Of a DNA stretch of 64,000 nucleotides, positions 41,174 through 49,331 are shown one piece after another (the first letter of the stretch is position 1; the number at the start of each line of letters is the position of its first letter). This stretch comes from an uncultured Acidobacteriota bacterium. GTDB lineage: Bacteria > Acidobacteriota > UBA6911. The DNA is taken from positions 128,001 through 192,000 of the forward strand of contig CAWJKZ010000015.1 of NCBI GenBank assembly GCA_963843575.1, written 5' to 3'. The notes beneath the pieces are model-generated. The model searched no databases and was not told where the DNA came from. It was given only the letters and a program-made list of their open reading frames with translations. The translations under genes were made by a program, and so were the position numbers.

Positions 41174-43066
41174 ATGAAGCAGCAAACCACGCGGCGCGAG
41201 TTCCTCGCGGTCGCGACGGCGCTGGTCTCCAAGCCCGCGCAGGACGCTTCGAAGGCTTCGAGACCCAACATTCTCTGGATTGTCAGCGAAGACAACTTCC
41301 CTTACATCGGCGCCTACGGCGATCCGGTCGCCCGCACTCCGGTCATCGATGCCCTGGCCAGGGACGGCATCCTCTACGAGCACTGTTTCTCGCAGGCGCC
41401 CGTCTGCGCCCCGTCTCGATTCACGTTGATCAGCGGCATGTACGCGACGAGCTGCGGGCCGGCGAGCCACATGCGTGCTTCCGGCAAAGGGCCCACCGCC
41501 TTGCGCGGTTTTCCCGCGTACCTGCGTGAGGCAGGCTACTACTGCAGCAACAACGCCAAGACCGACTACAACGCGTCCATCGATCTCAAAGACGCATGGG
41601 ACGAGTCGGGCAAGTCCGGGCACTGGCGCAAGCGCCCCGCGGGGAAGCCCTTCTTCGCCGTCTTCAACTACGAGGTCACCCACGAAAGCCAGATCTTTCC
41701 GGAGGCGCAGGCCCGGCAGACCCCGCTGGCGCGGCCGACGGATCCCGCCGGTGTGCGGCTTCCTGCCTACATTCCCGACGCCCCGGAGACGCGGCGAGAC
41801 CGAGCCCATTACTACGACCAGATGGCGCGCCTGGACGCCCTCATCGGGGAGAGGCTCAAGGAACTCGAGGCGGACGGACTCGCCGACGACACCATCGTGT
41901 TCTACTACAGCGACAACGGCGGAGTGCTCCCCCGCTCCAAGCGGTTCACCTACGACAGCGGCCTTCACGTGGCGCTGATCGTGCGGTTTCCACCGAAGTG
42001 GAAACACCTGGCCCCAGCTGCCGCGAGAACCCGGATCGCCGCTCCGGTTTCGTTCGTCGACTTCGCACCGACGGTCCTGTCGCTCGCGGGGGTCAACCCC
42101 CCGTCCTATTTCCAGGGGAGACCGTTTGCCGGCCCCGGCGCGGCCCCGCGCGAGTACGCCTTTTCGTTTCGCGACCGTATGGACGAGCGCTACGACATGT
42201 CGCGGACGGTGCGCGACCGGCGCTTCCGCTACATCCGGAACTACAAGCCGCACCTGATCTGGGGCCAGCACATCGAATACATGTGGCAGCAGGCCGGTGT
42301 GGCCCTCTGGGAGAGGCTCTACCGCGCGGGCAAACTGGATGCGACGCAGCGGCGGTTTTGGGAAGAGAAGCCCGAGGAAGAACTGTATGACCTGTCGGCC
42401 GACCCGGATGAGGTTCGCAACCTCGCGGGGGATCCCGCCCACCGGGACCGCGTGGCGCGCATGCGACGTGCGCTCGAGTCCCACATGCTGGAGATCCGCG
42501 ACAACGGGTTCGTCCCCGAAGGTTCACCACTCGAGGGTTACGAGCCGACCCGGGACCGCAGGGCTTATCCGCTGGAGGAGATCCTCGTCGTCGCAGACGC
42601 GGCCACGCGCCGCGACCCGGCCGGTATCCCCCGCCTGATCCGTTGGATGGGGCACGATCACGAGTGTGTTCGCTACTGGGCGGCGCTGGGTTGCGTCATG
42701 CTAAAAGACAACGCGGCCCAGGCGGCCGGTGAGCTGGCCCGCCTGCTGCGCGACCCTTCCCCGTCGGTGCGGGTTGCGTCGGCAGAGGCACTGTGCTACG
42801 CCGGACGCGCCGACGAAGGGGTCGCGGCCCTCAGGGAAGCGCTCGCGCACGACAACGGCAGTGTGAGGCTGCAGGCCGCCAATGCGTTGGAGAATATCGG
42901 GGACCGTGCTCTGCCGGCGCTGCCGGACCTCGAAAGGTCGCAATCCGACGCCGACAACTACGTCTGCCGGGCCGTAATCCACACCGTGTCGAAACTCAAG
43001 GCTCGACGCAGCAGCCCTTCGGCAAGCCCTCAAGTGGGTCAGGGCTTCAGCCCGGACGCTGTTTGA
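41174..43066 (+). CDS. Cys-type sulfatase with C-terminal HEAT repeats
   Basis: RPNILWIVSED, CAPSR formylglycine motif, YSDNG, EELYDL; HEAT-like VRYWAA / VRVASAEAL / VRLQAANAL. Confidence 0.9.
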   Translation: MKQQTTRREFLAVATALVSKPAQDASKASRPNILWIVSEDNFPYIGAYGDPVARTPVIDALARDGILYEHCFSQAPVCAPSRFTLISGMYATSCGPASHMRASGKGPTALRGFPAYLREAGYYCSNNAKTDYNASIDLKDAWDESGKSGHWRKRPAGKPFFAVFNYEVTHESQIFPEAQARQTPLARPTDPAGVRLPAYIPDAPETRRDRAHYYDQMARLDALIGERLKELEADGLADDTIVFYYSDNGGVLPRSKRFTYDSGLHVALIVRFPPKWKHLAPAAARTRIAAPVSFVDFAPTVLSLAGVNPPSYFQGRPFAGPGAAPREYAFSFRDRMDERYDMSRTVRDRRFRYIRNYKPHLIWGQHIEYMWQQAGVALWERLYRAGKLDATQRRFWEEKPEEELYDLSADPDEVRNLAGDPAHRDRVARMRRALESHMLEIRDNGFVPEGSPLEGYEPTRDRRAYPLEEILVVADAATRRDPAGIPRLIRWMGHDHECVRYWAALGCVMLKDNAAQAAGELARLLRDPSPSVRVASAEALCYAGRADEGVAALREALAHDNGSVRLQAANALENIGDRALPALPDLERSQSDADNYVCRAVIHTVSKLKARRSSPSASPQVGQGFSPDAV

Positions 43067-43139
43067 GGCGCCATGCGGTGCGCCGATTGCTATCTAGCAC
43101 AGACAAGAGACGTCCGGGCTAAAGCCCGGACCCACTTGT
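43031..43139. repeat. REPIN doublet, family A, overlapping the sulfatase 3' end
   Basis: caagtgggtcagggcttcagcccggac ... gtccgggctaaagcccggacccacttg. Confidence 0.85.
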
Positions 43140-43149
43140 TGTGCGTTTC

Positions 43150-44085
43150 CTAGCCCAGGTGTTTGAGGGTCAGGTCGAGCAGGGTGCGCGTGCCCGCGTA
43201 GGGTTCCCCGGCGCCTTCCCACTCCATCGAGTAGTAACCTCGGTACCCGCTGGCCTTGGCGATCTGGAAACAGCGGGTCACGTCGACGGTGAAGAGCTTG
43301 TCCTTGTCCCCCACCTCGGAGTCCTTCACGTGCGCGATGTTGTAGGCCCGCGTGAACAGGGCGCGTAGCGCGCGGTCGTTGAACTCCTGGTCGTGGGTCA
43401 GCATCGAGTTGCAGAAATCGGGCAGGGCCCGCAGGTAAGGGTTGTTCACCTTCTCGAGGACCTGCATGAGGAAGAACGGGTCCTCGGTGAAGTTGTCGTC
43501 GTTTTCCAGGTTGGCCACGACGTTGCGGGTGGCCGCATAGTCCGCGACCTGTCTCAAGCTCTGCACGGTCGGATCAACGGCGGGTTTCTCCCCCTTGGCG
43601 CCGGCGACGTGCAGCCGGAGCGACGGACACCCGAGGGCGACGGCGATATCGATCCACTTCCGGCTGTTCGCCACCGCCTTGTCGCGCTGCGCTGGGGCCG
43701 GATCGTAGTAACTCGCCCCGGGGTCGACCGGGAGGTTGATGATCCTGGCCCCGGCCTTCTCGGTGGCCGTCCGGAGCTCGCGCAGATAAGCGGCATCCGT
43801 GGAGCGGAAGTGCTGATCGAGAGGCTCGATGTTGTGGACGGAAAACCTGGAGACCACCATGGCGCCGAAATCCTTCAGGTCCATCCCGGGCAGTTTCGGG
43901 TTGCGCGCCCACTTGTTCCCGGGGGCCTCGATAAAGGCGCGGAACGGCCAGGACGCGACGGACAGCCGATCGCGGATTGCGGCCGGGAACTTCATGTCCG
44001 GCCCGGTGGCGGCCGACAGGACGCGGCCCGCTACGGCGGCGGCCGCGGATTGCTTCAGGAAGGTGCGACGGGAGAAGTGCGGCAT
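43150..44085 (-). CDS. Tat-exported sugar phosphate isomerase/epimerase (TIM barrel)
   Basis: SRRTFLK signal; LENDD, LPDFCN, HVKD, SME. Confidence 0.85.
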   Translation of the reverse strand: MPHFSRRTFLKQSAAAAVAGRVLSAATGPDMKFPAAIRDRLSVASWPFRAFIEAPGNKWARNPKLPGMDLKDFGAMVVSRFSVHNIEPLDQHFRSTDAAYLRELRTATEKAGARIINLPVDPGASYYDPAPAQRDKAVANSRKWIDIAVALGCPSLRLHVAGAKGEKPAVDPTVQSLRQVADYAATRNVVANLENDDNFTEDPFFLMQVLEKVNNPYLRALPDFCNSMLTHDQEFNDRALRALFTRAYNIAHVKDSEVGDKDKLFTVDVTRCFQIAKASGYRGYYSMEWEGAGEPYAGTRTLLDLTLKHLG

Positions 44086-44134
44086 GTTTCGGGCTCCTTT
44101 CACGGTTGGAGTTCGTCCGTTGCGCGACATCCGG

Positions 44135-44968
44135 CTACTGGGCGGCCCTGTGCATGGCGCTCCACTTCTGCTGCCCGGAGCCGGTCGGCGGTCTGGTGAT
44201 GCCTTCGATCGAGTCGCCCACGACGCGCCCGTCATACTGGCGCGGGACGTTTCCGGCGACGAAACTGATGTGGTCCCCTTCCAGTTTCCCGTCCTTTATC
44301 GAAATCGCCTTGCCGTCGACCTTGAGGGTGCCGTCGATCTTCTGGAACGTCTGCCTGAGGGTCAGTTCGGCGTCCCCCGCCTCGGTGTGCCACGTCCAGG
44401 TGCCCTGGACTTTTGCGGGTACGACCCAGAAGTAGGCCGTGCGTCCCTCAACCTCGATGGTCTGGTCGGGTTCCCACTCCTCCATGGAGAAGGCGTGCGC
44501 GACCACCCTGGTGCCCGGCTTCATGTCGAGGATCTTCGGCCGCAGCCGCAGGTTGAGGTCAGGAAGCAGGTACATGGTGATGACGGTTGCCTTGCTGAAG
44601 TCGGCTTCGAAAATGTCCGCGCGCATGAAGTCCGCCTTCCCGGCGACGCCCTCTTTCTCCGCATTGTGCTTGGAAAGCTCGACCATGTCGGGGTTGTACT
44701 CGATGCCGAGGCCGCGGGTGCCGCGCTTGGCCGCCGCGATCACGATGCGCCCGTCCCCCGAACCGAGGTCGATCAGGTAGTCGCTCGGAGTCAGCTTCGC
44801 CATGTCCAGCATCGCGGACACGAGTTCCGGCGGGGTCGGGACCCAGATCACATCCTTGCCCTCCTGCCCCACGCTGGGCTGGTACTCCTGCGCGGCTGCG
44901 GGTTGGGGGAATGAAACGAGGAGCAGGGCCAGGGCGGCGACGACAATTGTTGAGGTCTTTTCTTGCAT
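44135..44968 (-). CDS. Class I SAM-dependent methyltransferase with an N-terminal signal peptide
   Basis: WVPTP, DLGSGDGRI, GIEYN, ADIF, TMYLL; hydrophobic leader ending PAAA-QE. Confidence 0.88.
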   Translation of the reverse strand: MQEKTSTIVVAALALLLVSFPQPAAAQEYQPSVGQEGKDVIWVPTPPELVSAMLDMAKLTPSDYLIDLGSGDGRIVIAAAKRGTRGLGIEYNPDMVELSKHNAEKEGVAGKADFMRADIFEADFSKATVITMYLLPDLNLRLRPKILDMKPGTRVVAHAFSMEEWEPDQTIEVEGRTAYFWVVPAKVQGTWTWHTEAGDAELTLRQTFQKIDGTLKVDGKAISIKDGKLEGDHISFVAGNVPRQYDGRVVGDSIEGITRPPTGSGQQKWSAMHRAAQ

Positions 44969-45082
44969 GGTGGGTAGCTTCTCCCTTCAGAATATTGGCT
45001 CGCGACCGAAATTCTAGCACGAACGCGCCTTGGTCGGACGGCAGGCGCGTGCTTTTAAGGGGCTGCCGGCGTCCCGGTCGTC

Positions 45083-46411
45083 TCACCAGAACAGCGCCTG
45101 CATGCCGAGCACGATCAGGATGCCCACAAGCGACGTGACGACCTTCATGACCGTCCACGAGCGCAGGGTCTGGGGTACCGACATCCCGAAAGACTGGTTG
45201 ACGAGCCAGAATCCGGCGTCGTTCACGTGCGACAGCACGGTGCCGCCGCAGGAGAGGGCGAGGAGGATCATCTCCGGTGTGTATCCCTGGACGTCCTTCA
45301 CGAGCGGGGCGACGATCCCTGCGGCTGTGATGATCGCGACGGTGGCTGACCCTTGCGCTACGCGCATCGCCGCAGCCACGATGTAGGCGACGATGAGCGG
45401 GGAAATGGCGGAAGCCGCCAGCACCTGTCCGGCGTAGGGGCCCACGCCGCAGTCGATGATGACCTGCTTGAACGCTCCGCCTCCCCCCATGATCGCCAGC
45501 AGTGCGCCCATGGGGGCCAGCGACTCGGCGCTCAGGCGCGCCACGTCCGCGCGGCTCAGCCCGGCCTTGAATCCGAAGACGCACATGGCCGACAGGGCGG
45601 TCACGGTCAAGGCCGTGAACGGGTGGCCCAGGAACCCGAGCACCGTCCGCCCGGGACTGCCGCTGATTTCGGTGACCGTCGCCGCCAGGATGAGGAGCAC
45701 CGGCAGGACCAGGTGGAACACCACGGTGCCGACATGCGGTGCCGCTTCGTCGGGCGCTTTGTCCGGGGAGGCGTGCGCAGGGACCGGGATGAACAGTCTT
45801 TTCGCGATCCAGGTGCCGTAGAAGATCCCTCCGGCAATGGCCATCGGGATCGAAACGGCGATCCCATACAGGATTGCGCGGCCGAGATCCGCGCCCAGCA
45901 ATTGCGCCGCCGCCGCCGGAGCCGGGTGCGGGGGGACCATGGCGTGGGTGACGGTGAGCGCCGCCGCGATGGGCAAGCCATAATAGAGAAGCGACTTCTT
46001 CGATTCCCGGGCAAGGCTCCAGGCCAGCGGGACCAGGATCACGAAACCGACCTCGAAGAAGATGGGCAGCCCGACCAGGAACGCCGCGGTCAGCACCGCC
46101 CACACCGCATGCTCCCGGCCGAACCGCCGCAACAACCAGTCGGCCAGCACGCGTCCGCCGCCGGAGTGCTCCAGCATGCGCCCGACGATCGCGCCAAGCG
46201 CGACCACGACCGCGATGAAGCCGAGGGCATCGCCGAATCCCGCCTGGATCGATTTGAGCACCTTGGCCGGCGGCATCCCCGTGGCAAGCCCCAGCGCCAT
46301 GCTGGTCAGCAGGAGCGCGACGAATGCGTGCAGCTTCAGGTAGAGGATGAGGAACAGCAGCAGGACGATAGATCCCAGGGTGAGCAGTATCAGAACATTT
46401 CCAGCGGCCAT
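45083..46411 (-). CDS. GntP family sugar-acid:H+ permease
   Basis: LKLHAFVAL, VPPHPAP, AQGSATVA, SHVNDAGFW. Confidence 0.92.
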   Translation of the reverse strand: MAAGNVLILLTLGSIVLLLFLILYLKLHAFVALLLTSMALGLATGMPPAKVLKSIQAGFGDALGFIAVVVALGAIVGRMLEHSGGGRVLADWLLRRFGREHAVWAVLTAAFLVGLPIFFEVGFVILVPLAWSLARESKKSLLYYGLPIAAALTVTHAMVPPHPAPAAAAQLLGADLGRAILYGIAVSIPMAIAGGIFYGTWIAKRLFIPVPAHASPDKAPDEAAPHVGTVVFHLVLPVLLILAATVTEISGSPGRTVLGFLGHPFTALTVTALSAMCVFGFKAGLSRADVARLSAESLAPMGALLAIMGGGGAFKQVIIDCGVGPYAGQVLAASAISPLIVAYIVAAAMRVAQGSATVAIITAAGIVAPLVKDVQGYTPEMILLALSCGGTVLSHVNDAGFWLVNQSFGMSVPQTLRSWTVMKVVTSLVGILIVLGMQALFW

Positions 46412-46478
46412 GGCCCCCTAATCTGCCACGTGATTGCCCACATCGCGAGGGAAATGTGGTGCCGGCACTGTGAAATGA

Positions 46479-46926
46479 CAAGTGGGTCCGGGCTTCAACC
46501 CGGACGCTGTTTGCGGTCGCTATAGCGTGCGCCCGTCGCTACATAGATTAAATTAAAAGACGTCCGGGCTGAAGCCCGGACCCACTTGTTTTGCGGCCAG
46601 GGCGGGCGGTTCGACCGTTGGACAGCCTCTTCAGCCCGGACGCTGTCTGCGGTCGCTATAGCGTGCGCCCGTCGCTACATAGATCAAATTAAAAGACGTC
46701 CGGGCTGAAGCCCGGCCCCACTTGTTTTGCGGCCAGGGCGGGCGGTTCGACCGTTGGACAGCCTCTTCAGCCCGGACACTGTTTGCGGTCGCTATAACGT
46801 GCGCCCGTCGCTACATAGATCAAATCAAAAGACGTCCGGGCTCAAGCCCGGACCCACTTGTTTTACGGGCAGGGCGGTTGGTTCGACCGTTGGACAGCCT
46901 CCTCAGCCCGGACGCCGTTTGCGGTC
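46479..46926. repeat. BIME-like tandem array: three full 136-bp units plus a partial fourth, built from family A REPs
   Basis: Units start at 46494, 46630, 46766, 46902; each is half-REP + spacer + full REP + ccgttggacagcctc linker. Confidence 0.92.
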
Positions 46927-47023
46927 ACTCCGCCATGTCTTGCGGAATCCGGGGGCTCAACTGTGATATCTTTCGTTCTCCAAATTTCAATGCGCGGCGA
47001 CGCGGATTCCGGTGGAGGATCCC

Positions 47024-47791
47024 GTGCGACACAACAGCACGAAAGAGAAGCTGAACAACGGCGAGACTGTCTATGGTGTTTTTGTGCGGTATCCGAACGC
47101 TACCCTGGTGGAGGTCCTGGGTTACTTCGGGTGGGACTACATCGTTTTCGACGGAGAGCACGGCACGATCGAGCCCGCGGATTGCGAACAGATGGTGCGC
47201 GCGGCCGAGCTGCAGGGCGTCACCCCCATCATCCGCGTTCCGGTCAATCAGCCGCACGTGATCCTCAGGTTCATGGACACCGGAGCCCACGGCCTGCACG
47301 TACCCATGGTCAAGTCGGCGGCCGACGCCGAGGCCGTCGTGCAGGCGGTGAAATACCAGCCGCGCGGGTCACGCGGGCTGGCGGCGATCCGTGCGGCGGA
47401 TTACGCTCAGCGGCTCCCGTTCGCCTTCGGCGAGTACATCGCGCGGGCCAATTCGGAGACCCTGGTCGTCGCCCACATCGAGACGGGCGACTCGGTCGCG
47501 CGCCTGCCCGAGATCCTCGCCGTCGAAGGGCTGGATGTCGCCTTCCTCGGCCCGACCGACCTCTCCAACTCGCTGGGGCACCCCGGGGAGGCGCAGCACC
47601 CGGAGGTGCAGGCGGCGTTCGAACGTTTCGCCGGCGCGCTGAAGGACTCCCGCGTGGCCTTGGGCGTGATGGTGCCGAACGTCGAGGCGGCTCGCCTCTG
47701 GAAGGCGCGCGGGGCCCGCTACATTTCGGTGGCCTTCGAGTCGGTGCTCGCACCGGCCTGCCGCAACTATCTGAAAGCCGCCCGCGCTTAG
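47024..47791 (+). CDS. HpcH/HpaI family aldolase (2-dehydro-3-deoxy sugar-acid aldolase-like)
   Basis: DGEHG, IIRVP, KYQPRGSRG, HIET, FLGPTDLS; GTG start after GGAGG. Confidence 0.9.
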   Translation: MRHNSTKEKLNNGETVYGVFVRYPNATLVEVLGYFGWDYIVFDGEHGTIEPADCEQMVRAAELQGVTPIIRVPVNQPHVILRFMDTGAHGLHVPMVKSAADAEAVVQAVKYQPRGSRGLAAIRAADYAQRLPFAFGEYIARANSETLVVAHIETGDSVARLPEILAVEGLDVAFLGPTDLSNSLGHPGEAQHPEVQAAFERFAGALKDSRVALGVMVPNVEAARLWKARGARYISVAFESVLAPACRNYLKAARA

Positions 47792-47840
47792 CGCCGACCG
47801 GCCTTCGCGGGCGCAATCATCCTGCTGAAAGGACTCTAAA

Positions 47841-48515
47841 ATGAGATTTCCGGTTTTCGCGATAACTGCGATTTTGCTCGCCGCCCTCGTCCTCGCCGCC
47901 GCCCCGGCCCAGCGGAAGGACCAGGACGGATTCATACCGCTCTTCAACGGTACGGACTTGAAGGGTTGGCAGCCGGCGACGAACTGGGCCGTCGAGGGCG
48001 GCCTGATCGTCCTCAAAGACCGCTCCGATCGCCAGGAACACAACGACAATTACCTCTGGACGCAACGGCAGTACGGCGACTTTGTCCTCGAACTCGACTT
48101 CCAGCCCAGCGAGGGCACCAACAGCGGCATATTCCTGCGCACATCGGACGTGAAGGACCCCGTCTACACGGGGATCGAGGTCCAGGTGGGCAGCCTCGTC
48201 GGCGCCCCGGCGAGAAAAAACCCGGTCGGGTCGATCTACGACCTCGTCCAACCCAAACCGGTCGACGTGAAGCCGGGCGAGTGGAGCCACTACGCCATCA
48301 CCTGCAAGGGAAGCAAAATCTCGGTCGTGCTGAACGGAACCCTGGTGAGCGAAATGGATCTGGACCAGTGGAGCGAGACGGCGAAGAACCCGGACGGCAC
48401 CCCGAACAAGTTCAAGAAGGCGCTGAAAGACTTTGCGCGCGTCGGGTACCTGGGGCTTCAGGACCACGGAACGCCGATCGCCTACCGCAATATTCGCATC
48501 AAGCCTCTGAAGTAA
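47841..48515 (+). CDS. DUF1080 (3-keto-disaccharide hydrolase family) secreted protein
   Basis: LFNGTDLKGW, NSGIF, IEVQV, GEWSH, GYLGLQDHG..YRNIRIK. Confidence 0.9.
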   Translation: MRFPVFAITAILLAALVLAAAPAQRKDQDGFIPLFNGTDLKGWQPATNWAVEGGLIVLKDRSDRQEHNDNYLWTQRQYGDFVLELDFQPSEGTNSGIFLRTSDVKDPVYTGIEVQVGSLVGAPARKNPVGSIYDLVQPKPVDVKPGEWSHYAITCKGSKISVVLNGTLVSEMDLDQWSETAKNPDGTPNKFKKALKDFARVGYLGLQDHGTPIAYRNIRIKPLK

Positions 48516-48698
48516 TGGGAACGTGGGCGGGGGCGGCCCGCCCACGCCCGAATGAGCGAGAGCCGGGAAGGGGGCAGGACCCGGAGCGGACTTCCAGCAG
48601 AAGGGCCGCGCCGGGCCTTCGCAGCCTACCAGGATGTATGGGCTTGATTCTTCCGGCCGGTTTGGGCTGTTATAGAGTTAACTCAGAAAGGACTTCTT

Positions 48699-49331
48699 AT
48701 GGCGGATAATCCCGAAACCAAGAGCTGTCATTCCCAGCCGGGGCTGAGCCGCAGGGGCTTCCTGTCCTCGGTGGGGACAGGGGCTGTGGCGGTCTCGATC
48801 GGGGGTGCCGCGGCATCTCCCGCTCAGGAAATCGAAACGGTCAAGAACAGCGTCACCGTCAACCTGCGCATCAATGGGCTAGCGCGCAAGGTCGCGGTGG
48901 AGCCGCGGTGGTCCCTGCTGTTCGTGCTGCGCGAGATGCTCGGGCTCACCGGGACCAAGGTGGGCTGCGAACGCGGCGAATGCGGTGCCTGCACGGTGCT
49001 CATCGACGGGAAGCCCCGCTACGCCTGCGCGACGCTCGCGGTCGAGGCGGAAGGGCACGCGATCACCACCCTCGAGGGGCTGATGGACGGGGAGCAACTC
49101 GGACCGGTGCAACAGGCGTTTGCGGAAGAGGACGCCTTCCAGTGCGGATTCTGCACCCCTGGGCAGATCATGGCGGTCGAGGGCCTCCTGAGGCAGAAGC
49201 CCGACCCCACGGTCGAAGACATCCGGCTCGGCGTCAGCGGTAACCTGTGCCGCTGCGCCGCCTACAAGCACATCTTCAACGCCGGGCTGAAAGCGGCGCA
49301 ACTCCGCAAGGAGAAGGGAGGCCAGCTGTGA
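48699..49331 (+). CDS. Xanthine-oxidase-family molybdoenzyme 2Fe-2S subunit with Tat signal (PaoA/YagT-like)
   Basis: SRRGFL; GCERGECGACTV; QCGFCTPG; GNLCRC. Confidence 0.92.
   Translation: MADNPETKSCHSQPGLSRRGFLSSVGTGAVAVSIGGAAASPAQEIETVKNSVTVNLRINGLARKVAVEPRWSLLFVLREMLGLTGTKVGCERGECGACTVLIDGKPRYACATLAVEAEGHAITTLEGLMDGEQLGPVQQAFAEEDAFQCGFCTPGQIMAVEGLLRQKPDPTVEDIRLGVSGNLCRCAAYKHIFNAGLKAAQLRKEKGGQL

Noticed and set aside
46479-46926. CRISPR array
   Set aside because: The sequences between palindromes are near-identical rather than unique spacers, the period is 136 bp, the same unit is dispersed as REPINs, and no cas genes are present
46722-47054. Short ORFs over the REP arrays (also 32521-32748 and 17660-17875)
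   Set aside because: They are translations of repeat DNA with no RBS or protein features
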